Below the pieces are notes generated by a model. The model searched no databases, was not told the origin of the DNA, and saw nothing but the letters and a program-made list of their open reading frames with translations. 64,000 nucleotides of DNA from Amoebophrya sp. A120 (Eukaryota > Protista > Dinoflagellata), in the NCBI GenBank assembly GCA_905178155.1, contig CAJINV010000002.1, positions 9,373,412 to 9,437,411 of the forward strand. Reading direction: 5' to 3'. Below are positions 1 through 11,653 of the stretch, piece after piece. Numbering within the stretch: the stretch's first letter is position 1; every line of letters begins with the position of its first letter. The position numbers and the translations under genes are program-made.

Positions 1-3000
1 CGATTCCGGATCCAAACTGGTCGCGGTCCGCCGCTGCGCAGGTGTTCCTCGAGATGACCTACGGCGGGCCGCAGAACGTGCGCGAGGCGCGGTCCAAGCT
101 GGGCCTGCCCGACTTGCCGATGAAGGGCACGCCGGTATCCGCCGACTTGAACAATGCGGATTCTATATCCTGAGTAAAAACCTACCCACACCAGAGTCAG
201 GATGGGGATTTTGCAACACAAACCTAGGAGTTTTGTGAGTCACGCATGACAAGTTGCACTATGCAGTGTAGTGCAGGTTAGCAAGTGCATCCGCATCACA
301 GATTCATCTGCTCATCCTGTTCACAGCATCACAAATTCCAAAACACGACTGGAAATGGCTCTCATGGGGATGCGCATTACAGGTCTTCCTGTCTTTGCAA
401 ATCTGCATTACAACTCTGGTGTGGGTACGTTTTTCCTCAGGATATTCTAGTGCGATGAAATCCCGCGTGGCCGTGCGGCCAAAGAACCATAGACTCCTGC
501 TATCAAATGCAAAAATGTCTGGGTCTGGAAGATTCCGAGACTTGTCATGCAGATTTCCATGATGCATGTCTTGTCATCTGGAATGCAGGACCTAGCATGA
601 CAGATTCTGCGGAATCCCTATCATGCTTATCCTGCATGAGAACCTTCTTCTCAACTTCGTCAAAAGTGGGCAACTTTTGGCATTCATGCAACACAGATTT
701 TTGCATGATCCAGAATTAGCATCACAAGCTCCAACCTTCCAGACCCAGACATTTTTACATTTGATACCTGCCCTTCCTCGACGAAAATGTCCTGCCCATC
801 GTCGCGGAGTTTCTGTTACCAAGTGCAAAAATGTCTGGGTCTGGAGGGATGCAACTTGTGATGCTGCATTTGGATTCCAGAAAAATCTGTATTGCATGAG
901 TAGCAAAGGGAATGCAATTTTTGCTACGCTGAGAAGGCATTTGTCATGCGGTATAGGCATCAGGAAGCCCTCGCAAAATCTGTGACGCTAGGGCATGCAT
1001 CACAGACATCAGGAGTCATGCAAAATGTGCATGACATCTTCGAGACCCAGACACTTTTGCATTTCATATCTGTTTGGCGGCAGCCTACTGCGGTGCATGG
1101 AAGTGTCTCCTTTGTGGTTTTGCTGCTTTCTGGACGTGCTGGACAAGTTGGCAAACCCGATCGACCTGGCCTTCAAAAACGTGATCGACGCCACCGGAAT
1201 ACTGCAGCTGGAGTACGCAAGGACGGACTGGTCGCCGCTGCACGTCTGCCAACCGGGCGTCAGAATAGACCGGGTGCTCATAGCCAAAGTGCTGCCCAGC
1301 TACGCGGGCCACACCGTCCGCCTGTCGTACGAGAGCGCGTATGAAAGTAAGTAGTTTCTTTTATGACCAATAGATACCAGAAGACTTTTTGACACTCTGT
1401 AGCGTCTTCTGACGCGTGTTGTTGGCATCCATGTATTTGTGTGTCAGCATGCGGGCCGCACTTTCGCAATCAATTCTTATTAGAGCGTCATGTTCCGCCT
1501 ATGTTCACGATTTTTGTCCCCTTTTCTTGCGATTGCAGAAAAGATGTCGTGAACTCTACAAAACGACAGCCGTTCCTTCGCAGCCGTATCTCCGGAAAGC
1601 CGAGCTAGCGATATGCACTGCAAAAGTATCGTACTCGTATACATGCATTACAAATTTCCTCAGCATGAGAAATAAAATTTGTAGTGCGGATTTACCTTGA
1701 GATAAAAATTTGTGATGCATGATTGCAATTACTACGAGTGCAATACTTTTGCACAGGATAAGCGAGCCAGATTTACGATTCCCACTTCCAGTTTGATATT
1801 TTCAGCGGAAGCAGGAACCTTTGGATCCACAAAGACATTTGCAGGTTCTTTTTTTTCGATTTCATGCTAAAGATAGAAGATAGATAGCAAGTGAATTGCC
1901 ATTTTTTTTATTTCTACTCTATGCCATGCAATGCAATGCCAATGCATGAATACGTCAAAACAGGTTCCACGGTGACGAGACCCGTGTTGCAGCCTTGCAG
2001 AACATCACGCCCGTTCGATATCCTCGGGGAAACTTGAGTCTTTTTTTTTGTGCATGTACTTGCTTTCTGTACTATGTTGAATGCGGTCCAATACTTCTAT
2101 CTGACGCACTGATTTCATTTGTGTTGGTTTGCTGCTCGATGTAGCTGGTACATCCACTGATGCTGCTCACTCTGCGTCTTTGCAATTTTAAGTGATGAAG
2201 TGTACACGGCAACAGAAAGTACTGACTCATCCTTTCTTCTCGTGGATACCGCCGTCGGCGACCGCATCGAGATTGCTGTGAACCTGTTCATATCCTGTGC
2301 AAAAGTATCGTACTCCTATTGCAATCCTTTTGTTAACGTAAATCCGCATTAATTTCTCATGCTGAGGAAATTTGTAATGCATTTATAAATACGAGTGCGA
2401 TACTGTTGCAGTTCATAGTTCAATGCATATGGAAAGACCGCGATAAAATCCATAAAGTGGAAACCGCCAAGGACTGCCTGGGCACCGAGCTTCCGGTAAA
2501 TAAATAAACGAATGTATGATCTATTGCCATGCACAAATAAGTGAAAGCATCCACCACGTTGCATTCTGTTCTTGATGTTGTCGGTGACGGTGTCAGTTGA
2601 TGAACAGAAAAGCAAAAGAAAAACATTAATTCACTATGAAAATCAGCTCCTGCCCGGTAGAAGAAGAACACGACGACTGGATGGATTTCGATTCCTTCGC
2701 CGCGAATTCAACGGAGCGGCTGCAAAACCCAAACTTCTTCGGGCCCCAGTTGCAGCATCGCTCCACGGAGTATGCTGGGTACTATGGAGATGCAACTGTG
2801 ATTTACTTACTTACTGAATTTGTATTGTTCGCGCCCCAACAAAAACTACGACTATTGGTACCGATACAATGAATATCATTCGTATGCCATGGCCATGATG
2901 ACTTGACTCTACTTGGTCTTCACTGCATAATCCAGAAAAATACCAAAAACTTCTCCAGCCTCGACGTTGCTACCAGCCGTTCCATTCTTCTCGCCAAAGA

Positions 3001-3220
3001 AGTTGGCGCCGTGCCTCTGGCCGACAAGATCCTCGGGCTAAGGATAGAAATTTTGCCGAAGCACTCGCCCATAATACTCCCCCTGAAACGGGTCGGGCTA
3101 CTGCACGATAGGTTCACCAAGATACAGCTACGACAGGGGGACGTCGTGAAACTCTTCATCTCGCAGGGCGGCAGGATGGTGCAGCAGCAGGAGCAGGCGC
3201 CGTCATACATGGCTGGTTGA
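1..3220 (+). CDS. Multi-exon hypothetical protein with F-box-like motif (5' end outside window)
   Basis: Removing six TIR elements and GT-AG introns gives ...NADSSAMKSRVAVRPKNHRLLPFLDENVLPIVAEFLFGGSLLRCMEVSPLW...WIHKDICRFHGDETRVAALQNITP...VGDRIEIAVNLFNAYGK...LRQGDVVKLFISQGG, stop at 3220. The LPFLDENVL..VAEFL...LL....VSPLW pattern resembles an F-box. The junction near 1348-1540 is uncertain. Confidence 0.7.
166..444. mobile_element. Introner-like TIR element, family B
   Basis: TATCCTGAGTAAAAACCTACCCACACCAGAGT ... ACTCTGGTGTGGGTACGTTTTTCCTCAGGATA, direct repeat TTCTA/TTCTA. Removal restores ADS-SAMK. Confidence 0.9.
501..766. mobile_element. Introner-like TIR element, family A
   Basis: TATCAAATGCAAAAATGTCTGGGTCTGGAAG ... 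CTTCCAGACCCAGACATTTTTACATTTGATA, direct repeat CCTGC. Removal restores RLL-PFLDE. Confidence 0.93.
817..1068. mobile_element. Introner-like TIR element, family A
   Basis: Family A TIRs (left end reads TAC), direct repeat TCTGT. Removal restores EFL-FGGS. Confidence 0.9.
1612..1760. mobile_element. Introner-like TIR element, family C
   Basis: TATGCACTGCAAAAGTATCGTACTCGTA ... TACGAGTGCAATACTTTTGCACAGGATA, direct repeat AGCGA. Removal restores ELA-SQIY. Confidence 0.88.
2019..2248. mobile_element. Decayed introner-like element
   Basis: TATCCTCGGGGAAACTTGAGTC ... GACTCATCCTTTCTTCTCGTGGATA imperfect TIR. Flanks no longer match (TTCGA/CCGCC), but removing the element plus 5 nt joins ITP to VGDRIEI in frame. 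Confidence 0.6.
2291..2417. mobile_element. Introner-like TIR element, family C (opposite orientation to 1612-1760)
   Basis: TATCCTGTGCAAAAGTATCGTACTC ... GAGTGCGATACTGTTGCAGTTCATA, direct repeat GTTCA. Removal restores NLF-NAYG. Confidence 0.88.
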
Positions 3221-3846
3221 TCCTGCGTTGGGTGCTGGAAGAACTATAGCACGGCGCGCACATCGATAATGATAAATCTATACCTGCATTGTACTCCTGC
3301 AGGCACAGGTTATTCTATCTGTATCGACTGTGCAGGCTTTGGCTTTTGCGATCGCTGTTTGCTGTATGCAGCAGAAAAGCCCCCACGCTTTCGAAAAGCA
3401 AATGAGGTAAAAAACGCAGGCAAGAATAAAGACAAAGCAGCAATCTATGTGAGTACTTCAAACGCGGCAGGGGGTGCCTTTTTCTCACGAGGGGTTCTTG
3501 ATAGCTCGATTTTTGAAAATATGATCTTTCGTTTCGAGGTCATGACTTATTGGGCACTCGCATGCAAAAACTATAGAAACGTCGATGGAGAGTCTTGGTT
3601 CAAACTTCACTGCAAGTAGAGAGCGAATTCTGAGCAAAAGACAATCAAACTTCGCATATGAGCGATTTCCTTGCAAACTGTGACAGAGAAGCACTGTGTA
3701 ACTGTGAAAATAAAGCGTCGTGATTTTTCAATTTCTTTCGAAGTAGGCAGAGAAAACTTAAGTATCAATCGTTCAAGCGAAAACAGGAAAATTTGAATTT
3801 AGAGTTTACACTCCTCTTGTGAAGTAGCGTAAGGCGGAAACAGACC

Positions 3847-4950
3847 ATGCCATTCTTCGATCTACTCGGTCTCGGTGGTCATCACGACCTTCTAAGCGAC
3901 CACGCCAGTGCCTTGCACTCCAACTCCGGCCACGCAACCTCATTCGCGCGTATAATACCGTTCTTGTAATCGCGTTCTTGTATAATTTCCTAGGTAGTGC
4001 TGCGTAATATTGAGAAACTTTTCGCTCATGTTGTGATGCACGTCGAAAAATTTGAACGTAAGTACCAAAGGGAACCAACTGGCACAAAAAACTCACAACA
4101 GAGGACGGAAGTCTGGAATTTCGGGAATACTATGCGGCCGCTTGCCCCCACTGCAAGCATTTGGAACAACCCTGGCACACGGCGGAATCCCAATATCAAG
4201 GTACTGAACTGAAAGAGTGGCTCTTGCCAATCAAAACATTGATGAAATTCCTCTTCCATTTAGTACTACTAACTAGCCCAACGTCACATAGTACAAGCTC
4301 AAAAAAACCCTCTCCTCACAGGCCCGGTGAAGTGGACGCAGATTGAGTTATCAAATGTAAAAATGTCTGAGTCTGGAAGAATGCAAGATTTGTGATGCAG
4401 GTTTTCCATGACCCATGAGGTCTGGAATGCGAGACCTAGCATGACAGATTCTTTGAGGTCTCTATCATGCCTTTCCTGCATGAGAAACTCCCTCTCAACT
4501 TGGTCAAAAGCGGACGGCTTTTGGCACTCACGCAACACAGACTTTTGCATCATTTAGATTTAGCATGACCACAAGTTCTAATCGTCCAGACCCAGACATT
4601 TTTACATTTGATATGAGTGCAACGACGACAATTGGAACCCGGTTTCAGCCAACGTGGAGAAGTGCGCGCCAATTAGCGGGTTTCCGACCATGAAGATGTT
4701 CCAGGATGGGAAAGAGGTCGACGAGTACCACGGCGGGCGCACCGCGGACGACCTGCTGAATTACGTGAATAACTTCGACACCTCGAAGGTTTCCGCGCAA
4801 ACCATGTTACCGATGCTCCCCGCGGTCTTTGCGGCGAAGTTTCTCTTCGGAGAAGACACGACGAAGGAGGGGGAAGACGGAAAAGAAGAAGGAAAAGCTG
4901 TCTTGAAGAGCCCGGAAGTGCGCGTGGAGGACGTACAGAACTTTTTCTAG
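3847..4950 (+). CDS. Thioredoxin/PDI-like single-domain oxidoreductase (CPHC)
   Basis: Spliced product contains EYYAAACPHCKHLEQPW...GPVKWTQIECNDD...ISGFPTMKMFQDGKEVDEYHGGRTADDLLNYV, i.e. CxxC plus the cis-Pro GFPT motif. The start exon at 3847 is tentative. Confidence 0.8.
4349..4613. mobile_element. Introner-like TIR element, family A
   Basis: Family A TIRs, direct repeat TGAGT. Removal restores QIE-CNDD. Confidence 0.92.
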
Positions 4951-6098
4951 GCGAAGACTTCTATATGATAGGGAAGCGATTTCTTGGGTTTGGATCGTTA
5001 GCAAAACAAAGTTTCCCCACAAGTAGAACTACAACGACCTGGTGCGGATACAATAATCATGCCCTCGCCGATTGACAGTGATTGAGATTGAAGAAACGTC
5101 CTATAAATACGATTCGGAAACTACTTGGAATTAGTGTGTAGCGCATCATGGCTCGTCTCATTGTGATTATACAAACTAGAAATACCGAGTCTTCGAACTA
5201 ACTTTTTGAGGCAAACGCCTACCGAGCGTGAAAAGCTGATCTAGTTAATTTTGCTAGTACCTCCTGTGTCAATATTCCTTTTCGATTCTCAGGTGGAAAC
5301 GCTGCAACATCCAAGATGGTAGATTAATGTCGAAATCGATGTTGCAGCTGCAGTTTTGCATGTTGAGACAAAACAGAACTGTATGCGAGCTATCTTTGTT
5401 GAAGACAAACGAGTCCGACCTCGTAGAAAAGGCGAATAAGGATACATAGACCTCCGTTGCTTTGAGACAAGGCCGTGGCCATTGCCACAGGAAAGGAGCA
5501 GAGGGGGACAATTTTGTCTTCCAAGAGAAAACTATGTTGAAGCGAGCTATGTGCGCGCTTGTTACTTTCTTGAACTAACTTCTTGAGCTAGCTTTTTAAC
5601 TTATGCTTTTGCTTCTAACCTCCAGGCAGTTACCTTTACTTTTCGGCATGGTTTTCGTGTGTTCATGGCTAGCTGAAGGTTCTCGATTTTCCCGGGAGGG
5701 AGAGAAGTAGCAAGGAGTATGATTTCATTTTTTGGTTGCCGTGCTTCTTCGACGCTCATCTCTTCCTCGAGTGACGCGATGGTATAATGAGTGACGAGAG
5801 ACACACTGTGCTGCACTAGCGTTTTTTGGTTGTTCTTGCGTTCTTTCAGCCACCCCTGTTGCGGCATGATGAAGTAGTCCGCTCTGCGCGTACGCACGCG
5901 CTCGTGCTATAAATTCCTTAGAGCGCCGGAAGAGATGGAGCTGTCGGGTTTAACATAGTAGAGTTGTAGTGTAGAAGACGTAGCTGTCTACCACCGCGTG
6001 GGCGCGTCTCGTGCGCCGAGAAGCACTGTTCAACAGCGCAGGGTAAAGATACCAGTCTCCAACTTTGTTCCGGCATCATCTGACAGCTCAGTTCAAAA

Positions 6099-9000
6099 AT
6101 GTCGGCCGTGTCGCTGCTTCACGGCACCCTCCCAGGTGATTCTGCCCCGATCATGGCGCCTGACAACCTGCCCAGCTCGTGGTCACTGGCAGACACCATG
6201 AAGGCAGCACTCTCATCGACAGCCAACCAGCTTGTCCCCACGCCGCGCCGTCTCGCAACCCAGGCGCAGGTCCAGCAAAACCGCAACGCCATGCTTCTCG
6301 ACGAGAACGACCACGTTGGTGTCAGCTTTTGGCTGGTCGCATCCAGCATGTCGGCGTGCTCGGTGTTTTTCTACGTCCAGGCTGCTTTGGTGCCAAGGGA
6401 GTGGGCTGTGAGCATGCTGATTGCCGGGAGCGTCACCGCGGTTGCCTTATCAAATGTAAATATGTCTGGTTTTGGACGGATGCGAACTTGTGATGCTCGT
6501 GCTCCGTCGGGATTCTACAAAAATCTGTGTTGCATGAACAGCAAACGAGGTCCAGTTTTTGCTAATTGTTTGCGAGAGGGCATTTCTCATGCGGTATGTG
6601 CATCAGAAAGCCCTCACAAAATCTGTGATGCTTGGGCATGCATCACAGACATCAGGACTCATGCAAAATGTGCATGACATTCCAGACCCAGACGTACTTG
6701 TTTGCATTTGATATGCCTGGATCCAGTACGAAAATCAGAAGGACGTGTGGCAAGAGAGCCGCGAAGCACCTATCGTGGCCAGATATATGGACTGGTACTT
6801 AGGAGTACTAGTAAGTACTTGCAGCGGCAGCACTAATAGGGAACTTCAGTTTATACACACAACTTCGGTGCCGCCAAATACGAGTGAAAACCACAAAGCA
6901 TTAGCATATCACTTTGTGAACCCCCAGCAAAAAATGCAAGAAATAGCGATTTTATCTTTTCCGCACAACATTCTAAAACAGGATCATCACGGTGCCGCTT
7001 CAAATCCTGGAATTCTACATCCTTTTGAGCGTCGCAACTCCTCCAGATAAAGATCCGGTTAGCCTGGCTTTGTGCGCAAGATTAGTGGGCTCCGGCGTCG
7101 CCATGCTGGCATTCGGGTAAAAAAGAATGTCCTGAAGTTTTTGTTTGTTTCTGTGTCCTGCAAGGCCCAACGAACTTATTACTATGCTGGAGCGGCCTCG
7201 GCCACGGTCAGCATTACTAGAAGTTTCATGATTCTGAAGTGTAAGCAGGCTACCCTTCGTCTTCGCGAATTCATTTTGAAACAATAAATCCAGTTACATG
7301 GGCGAGACAGAGATCATGTCGCTCTGGCCGGCTTTCGTCACGGGATGCGCGTGCTGGCTGTACATTGTCTGGGAACTGTACTACGGGGAGGCAGCGGGTT
7401 TGGCAAATCAATTGTCTGTCGACGAAGCAAAGAAGTTCCTCCAACAGATGGAAGAGCGGGAACAGGCGGAATTGCGCGTAGCAGAGCAAGTACTGATAGA
7501 ACAGTCAAGGAAGGAAGAAGAAGCCGGTATAATCGTGCTTTTACTTATTTTGATTTTTGCTCTTGTGGGCTTTTTCCGTCGTGCTCGTGCTACAATTGGA
7601 TGATCAACGTGCAACAGTAATATGAGTACAGTAGCCTCCGCTATTATGGTGCGATAGTAGAGCTAAGAAAAAAGCAAATAAAAACTCTTCTGAATTAACA
7701 GAAGCGGAGAGGGAAAACGGCGCCCGACCTGGAAAGGATCTCGACACTTTTTTGACGACCGGGTCTCTTGAGGGTAATATGGTGCCTAAAGTGGGACCGG
7801 GGTCTGTGAGATGTTGCGCCTGAATTTTTTTGCCTACAAATGATGTCAGAGCGTGACACGATGAATAACTTTTCATGTATTGGAGATGATAATCTTTTCT
7901 TTGACACGAAAAGTAAAAGCACAAGTGATACGTATGTATTTCATTCTCTCCAGAAAATTCCCCCGTCCCTCAAAAACCCCTTCCATAACCGCACCAAAGC
8001 GCTCGAAGCCAGCACCAAAAGCAGTGGTGATCAAGCGAGACAAGTATCAGCTGGACGAGCGAGAATTTGTGAAGCCCATCGCCGAGCAAGCGTTTGACGC
8101 CTTGCGGATGATCTTTCTCTTCGGTTGGGCGATCTACCCGGCGAGGTAGGTTATGATTCATTTTGGGAGTTCTTTTCTAAGTAGGATATAATTCATTTTT
8201 TCTTCTTGCGCCATCTCGAGGGGCAGACGTAGGGCACGAAAATGTCCGAGGATCATGCTTGGTCGTGCAATTTCCCAATCATCTTGAAGCTATGTACGTC
8301 TACCTCTACCGCTCGTGAAAGAAACAGAAAATACAAATACCCCGTAGTTACGCGTGGTACCACCTCGGCGACGACGATAGCAAGGAGGACCGGTCAAATG
8401 CCATGAACGCACTGTACAATCTCGGCGATCTGGTGAACAAGATCGCGTTCGGTATTGCCGTCTACTCCGCCGCCGGCAGTGAGGAGCAAATGCAGAAGCA
8501 GATGGAGCACCGGGTCATCCGGTTGGAAATGCGCATCATGAAGGACTGGATGCAGCAGCTGAAGTCCATGGGCATCGTGCACCGGAAGTTCCGCGGCGAC
8601 TTGAAATCCTGGCTAAACCTGGACGGGGAGAGCCAACAGAGCCAGGCAAACAACAAGGAAGTCGGGGGCAAACCGCGGGTGGCGCCGCCGACGGGAAACA
8701 ACGGAGCGGGGGGTAGCGTCGTCGGTGGCTCCAGTTTAGTGGGCAGAATCGGACCCAGTGCGGCCACGAGCGGCGGCTTTGGCGCAGGGAAAGCAAATAT
8801 GATGAATCCACGTAAAAACAATGCTGCCTAATATACTTTTGCGTAGATGCAACAACTTGCTCAAGAATCACATGGTTGTACTTTAGGACTTCTAGAATTT
8901 TTACCTAGCATCTCCATGATCTCGCAGTGGAGGTCCTACTTAGCTCAAAAAAGAGGAAGTAGTGTCGACACATTGCTCTCGACAAGCAGCTATCTTTTCA

Positions 9001-9566
9001 AACATATTTATTAGAACAATATGTGAAAAACACTATCAGCCATGCTGTTATCCGGCGCTGCGGGACTGAGTGGCCAGCAAGGAGCCACGACCCAACAACT
9101 CCCTGGTAGTAGTACCGCGGCAGCTGCAGGCGCAAGTCCCCCAGCGCCAATGAACGCGCTGACAACCAGCAACTTCCAGTTCACGGCTGGTGATCAGCTC
9201 AACTTTTCGAGTACTTCGATGGGAATGATCAACAACAACCAGCGGTCTATGCAGCCGGCGCTGTTCACCATGGACAACCCCGGCACTAGCAACGATAGCA
9301 TCTACCACGATGTGGTCAACAAAACGATTGGTCCCAACGAGATGCTGAACTACACTGGTGGCAATGATACGAGTGACGACGGTTCTCGCGGCAATGGTAA
9401 GTGGAGTGAGCAGGAGTGGGAGCAGTGGAAGCGGGATAAGAATCAATCCTCATGGAGCAACTGGACGGACGCCGAGTGGGAGGGGTGGCGAAAAAACAAG
9501 GAAACCGGGGCAAGTAACGGAGCAGCTGAATATGCCGGTAATGATAACAATTACTCTGGCTATTAG
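6099..9566 (+). CDS. Proteorhodopsin-like microbial rhodopsin with E-F loop insertion and long C-terminal tail (~664 aa)
   Basis: Exons ~6099-6447, 6719-6794, 6982-7116, 7294-7527, 7936-8145, 8348-8811, 9040-9566. Motifs DHVGVSFW, RYMDWIITVPLQILEFY, MLAFGYMGE, WLYIVWEL, FGWAIYP and YNLGDLVNKIAFG (retinal Lys) match proteorhodopsin helices A-G. Confidence 0.9.
6448..6713. mobile_element. Introner-like TIR element, family A
   Basis: Family A TIRs, direct repeat TGCCT. Removal restores TAVA-WIQY in rhodopsin helix B. Confidence 0.92.
7528..7930. mobile_element. Decayed introner-like element in the rhodopsin E-F loop
   Basis: TATAATCGTGCTTTTACTT ... AAGTAAAAGCACAAGTGATA inverted ends, direct repeat decayed. 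Removing the element plus 5 nt is in frame, whereas the GT-AG pair 7527-7953 is not. Confidence 0.6.
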
Positions 9567-10525
9567 ATGACGATCTAGATCTGTAGTGGCTATTATCGAA
9601 GTTGTTGAGGAAGAAGGATAAGTAGGAATAAGGATATCAATTCGCGCTGCGTGATTTAAAATTTGTTTTCGCGCACCGTAACCGTCGCGTCGTCCTCTCT
9701 AACTGCAAAAGTTCGAGTTGTAGATTCTACAAATAGGGATGGCGATGCTTTGCGTAGAAATAAATACAGAAAACCGATTACCAAAATAGTGCAACTATAT
9801 ATAAGGCTGCAAGTGCAATTGGCTGCAAGTGAACAGTCAAAACTATCAAAATATCAAAGACCAAGGAACGCGTGGTAAGGTGAATTAACATAGACAAATC
9901 AAATCCAAGGAAGAAATCGAGCCCTGTCGTGTGTTGAATCGTCTCCGATATGATATTGAAGTGAGACGACAGACTAGAAAATGTGTTAAAACAAAAAGCA
10001 TGACACTTCTTTTCAATAGTAGCATAGGCTCTAGAGTAGATGACAGAAGTAAAAAAGTACTTACCTATATGCTATGATGAAATCTTTGAATGATGTGCAT
10101 AGTAAGAAAGAACGCAGTTGTGCGTGTCCTCGTGCTCGTGTTTCACCGAAAAAGAACTTCTACCTACCCACCCCTATTTCTGTTGTCTGTGGGCAGTTGC
10201 TGTGTTGTCTTCCGTCGTTTGTCTTCTTTGAGTGCAGATCTTTACAGCGCTGCTTGCCCTTGCTTTCACTTTCTTACTGCGACTGTTTTCCTTTCCTACG
10301 TTTTCATTATACCTGATTTCTTTTACCTCCAGGTGCTACATCTTTCACTTCGCCCTAAAGCCGGCGCCCTGAGAGCCCTGAGAGTCTTTTTTTTCTCGTC
10401 CGTAGACGGCTCTTCTCGTTTTCTCAAAAATAGACCGCCACCGGTACCACTGCTTCTACACGAGCGCGTCAAGTTGGGGGCCTGCGCCGGAGACGGAGTG
10501 GCCTGGATTCACATACCGCAAAGTT

Positions 10526-11653
10526 TTGCAGCAGCAGCGCCGAGCGTCGCTGGAGAGAATCAACCTTGACCCGGAAAGAAGACGCAGCCGGCTGGAATTG
10601 GGGTTGGTTTTCAAAGACGAAGACAAAAAATACCACACGGCCGTACCGGGAGGTGAGCCGTCTGATGCTCCTGCAAGTAGTACAAGAACACAACCTGCAG
10701 CCGCACCATCGTCGTCCTTCCCGAGACCACAAAGTTGCCAAAGTCACGAAGGTGTTGGCAAAAGGCACGAAGGTATTGAGTACAGTGAAGACTGCACGTT
10801 TTTTGAAAGCGGCGACGAAGACGAGGTACACCAGACCGACAGAGTCAAAGTCATCCACCTAACCAGTCACGCCGACGACACCAGGAGCGGGCTTGCCGAT
10901 GCAGGGATGAACGGAGCATTTGCTTTCGCGGGCTCCGTTCAACATTTTGTAGTTCCCGTTGCTTTTGCAGACGGTGGCGCTGGTGCCGAGCCTCAACTTT
11001 CTCCACCGCCAGAGAATGAAATTGAAAGACGTTTGTCCGCATTAAATCAAGAAGATGCTTTTCTTGCGACCCATGCGGAGGGCTACAACCCTTGTCCTTC
11101 CGTAGGTTCCGACACAGCTTCTTTCCAGAACAAAAATACCGCAATCAACCAGACGCCCACTTTCGGCACCTCCGCGTCTACTTCCCTTTTCGGGCCGGGA
11201 TCTCAAAGCCACAAGCCGAGCGCTGGCTTCTCTTCCAATACCGGAACAAATAAAAGCTATAAACTACACCCACAATCAGAATCACCAGCCTGCGCCACAG
11301 CAACTCCAAGTTTACCGTACCGCGAGCGCGCCGCCGACATTTCTCCGCCGCCGCTACCTCGATCGAAGGTACCAGAGAGCCGCGAGAAAGATAGCTGGTG
11401 TGTCGACGTTCTTTCTTCCGGCAACACAAGAAATGACTCTATCACAGCACACGACAAGCACCAGGGGGTATCAGACCAGCACGAGCTCGCGCGGTCAGAG
11501 CTACAGAAACTCCAGGAAGAGAATTTACTGCTGCAAAAGCGCGACAGCCAGAGTCGACGAAAAAGTGATCTTCTGTGGGACCGCATACAAAAATTGATGT
11601 TAGTGGTGGAAGCGCAGCAGAGCGAAATTAAGAATTTTAGTGGTGCCAGCTAA
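10526..11653 (+). CDS. Hypothetical low-complexity protein with C-terminal coiled coil
   Basis: 375-aa ORF, S/P-rich, ending ELARSELQKLQEENLLLQKRD...IQKLMLVVEAQQSEIK. True start uncertain. Confidence 0.6.
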   Translation: MQQQRRASLERINLDPERRRSRLELGLVFKDEDKKYHTAVPGGEPSDAPASSTRTQPAAAPSSSFPRPQSCQSHEGVGKRHEGIEYSEDCTFFESGDEDEVHQTDRVKVIHLTSHADDTRSGLADAGMNGAFAFAGSVQHFVVPVAFADGGAGAEPQLSPPPENEIERRLSALNQEDAFLATHAEGYNPCPSVGSDTASFQNKNTAINQTPTFGTSASTSLFGPGSQSHKPSAGFSSNTGTNKSYKLHPQSESPACATATPSLPYRERAADISPPPLPRSKVPESREKDSWCVDVLSSGNTRNDSITAHDKHQGVSDQHELARSELQKLQEENLLLQKRDSQSRRKSDLLWDRIQKLMLVVEAQQSEIKNFSGAS

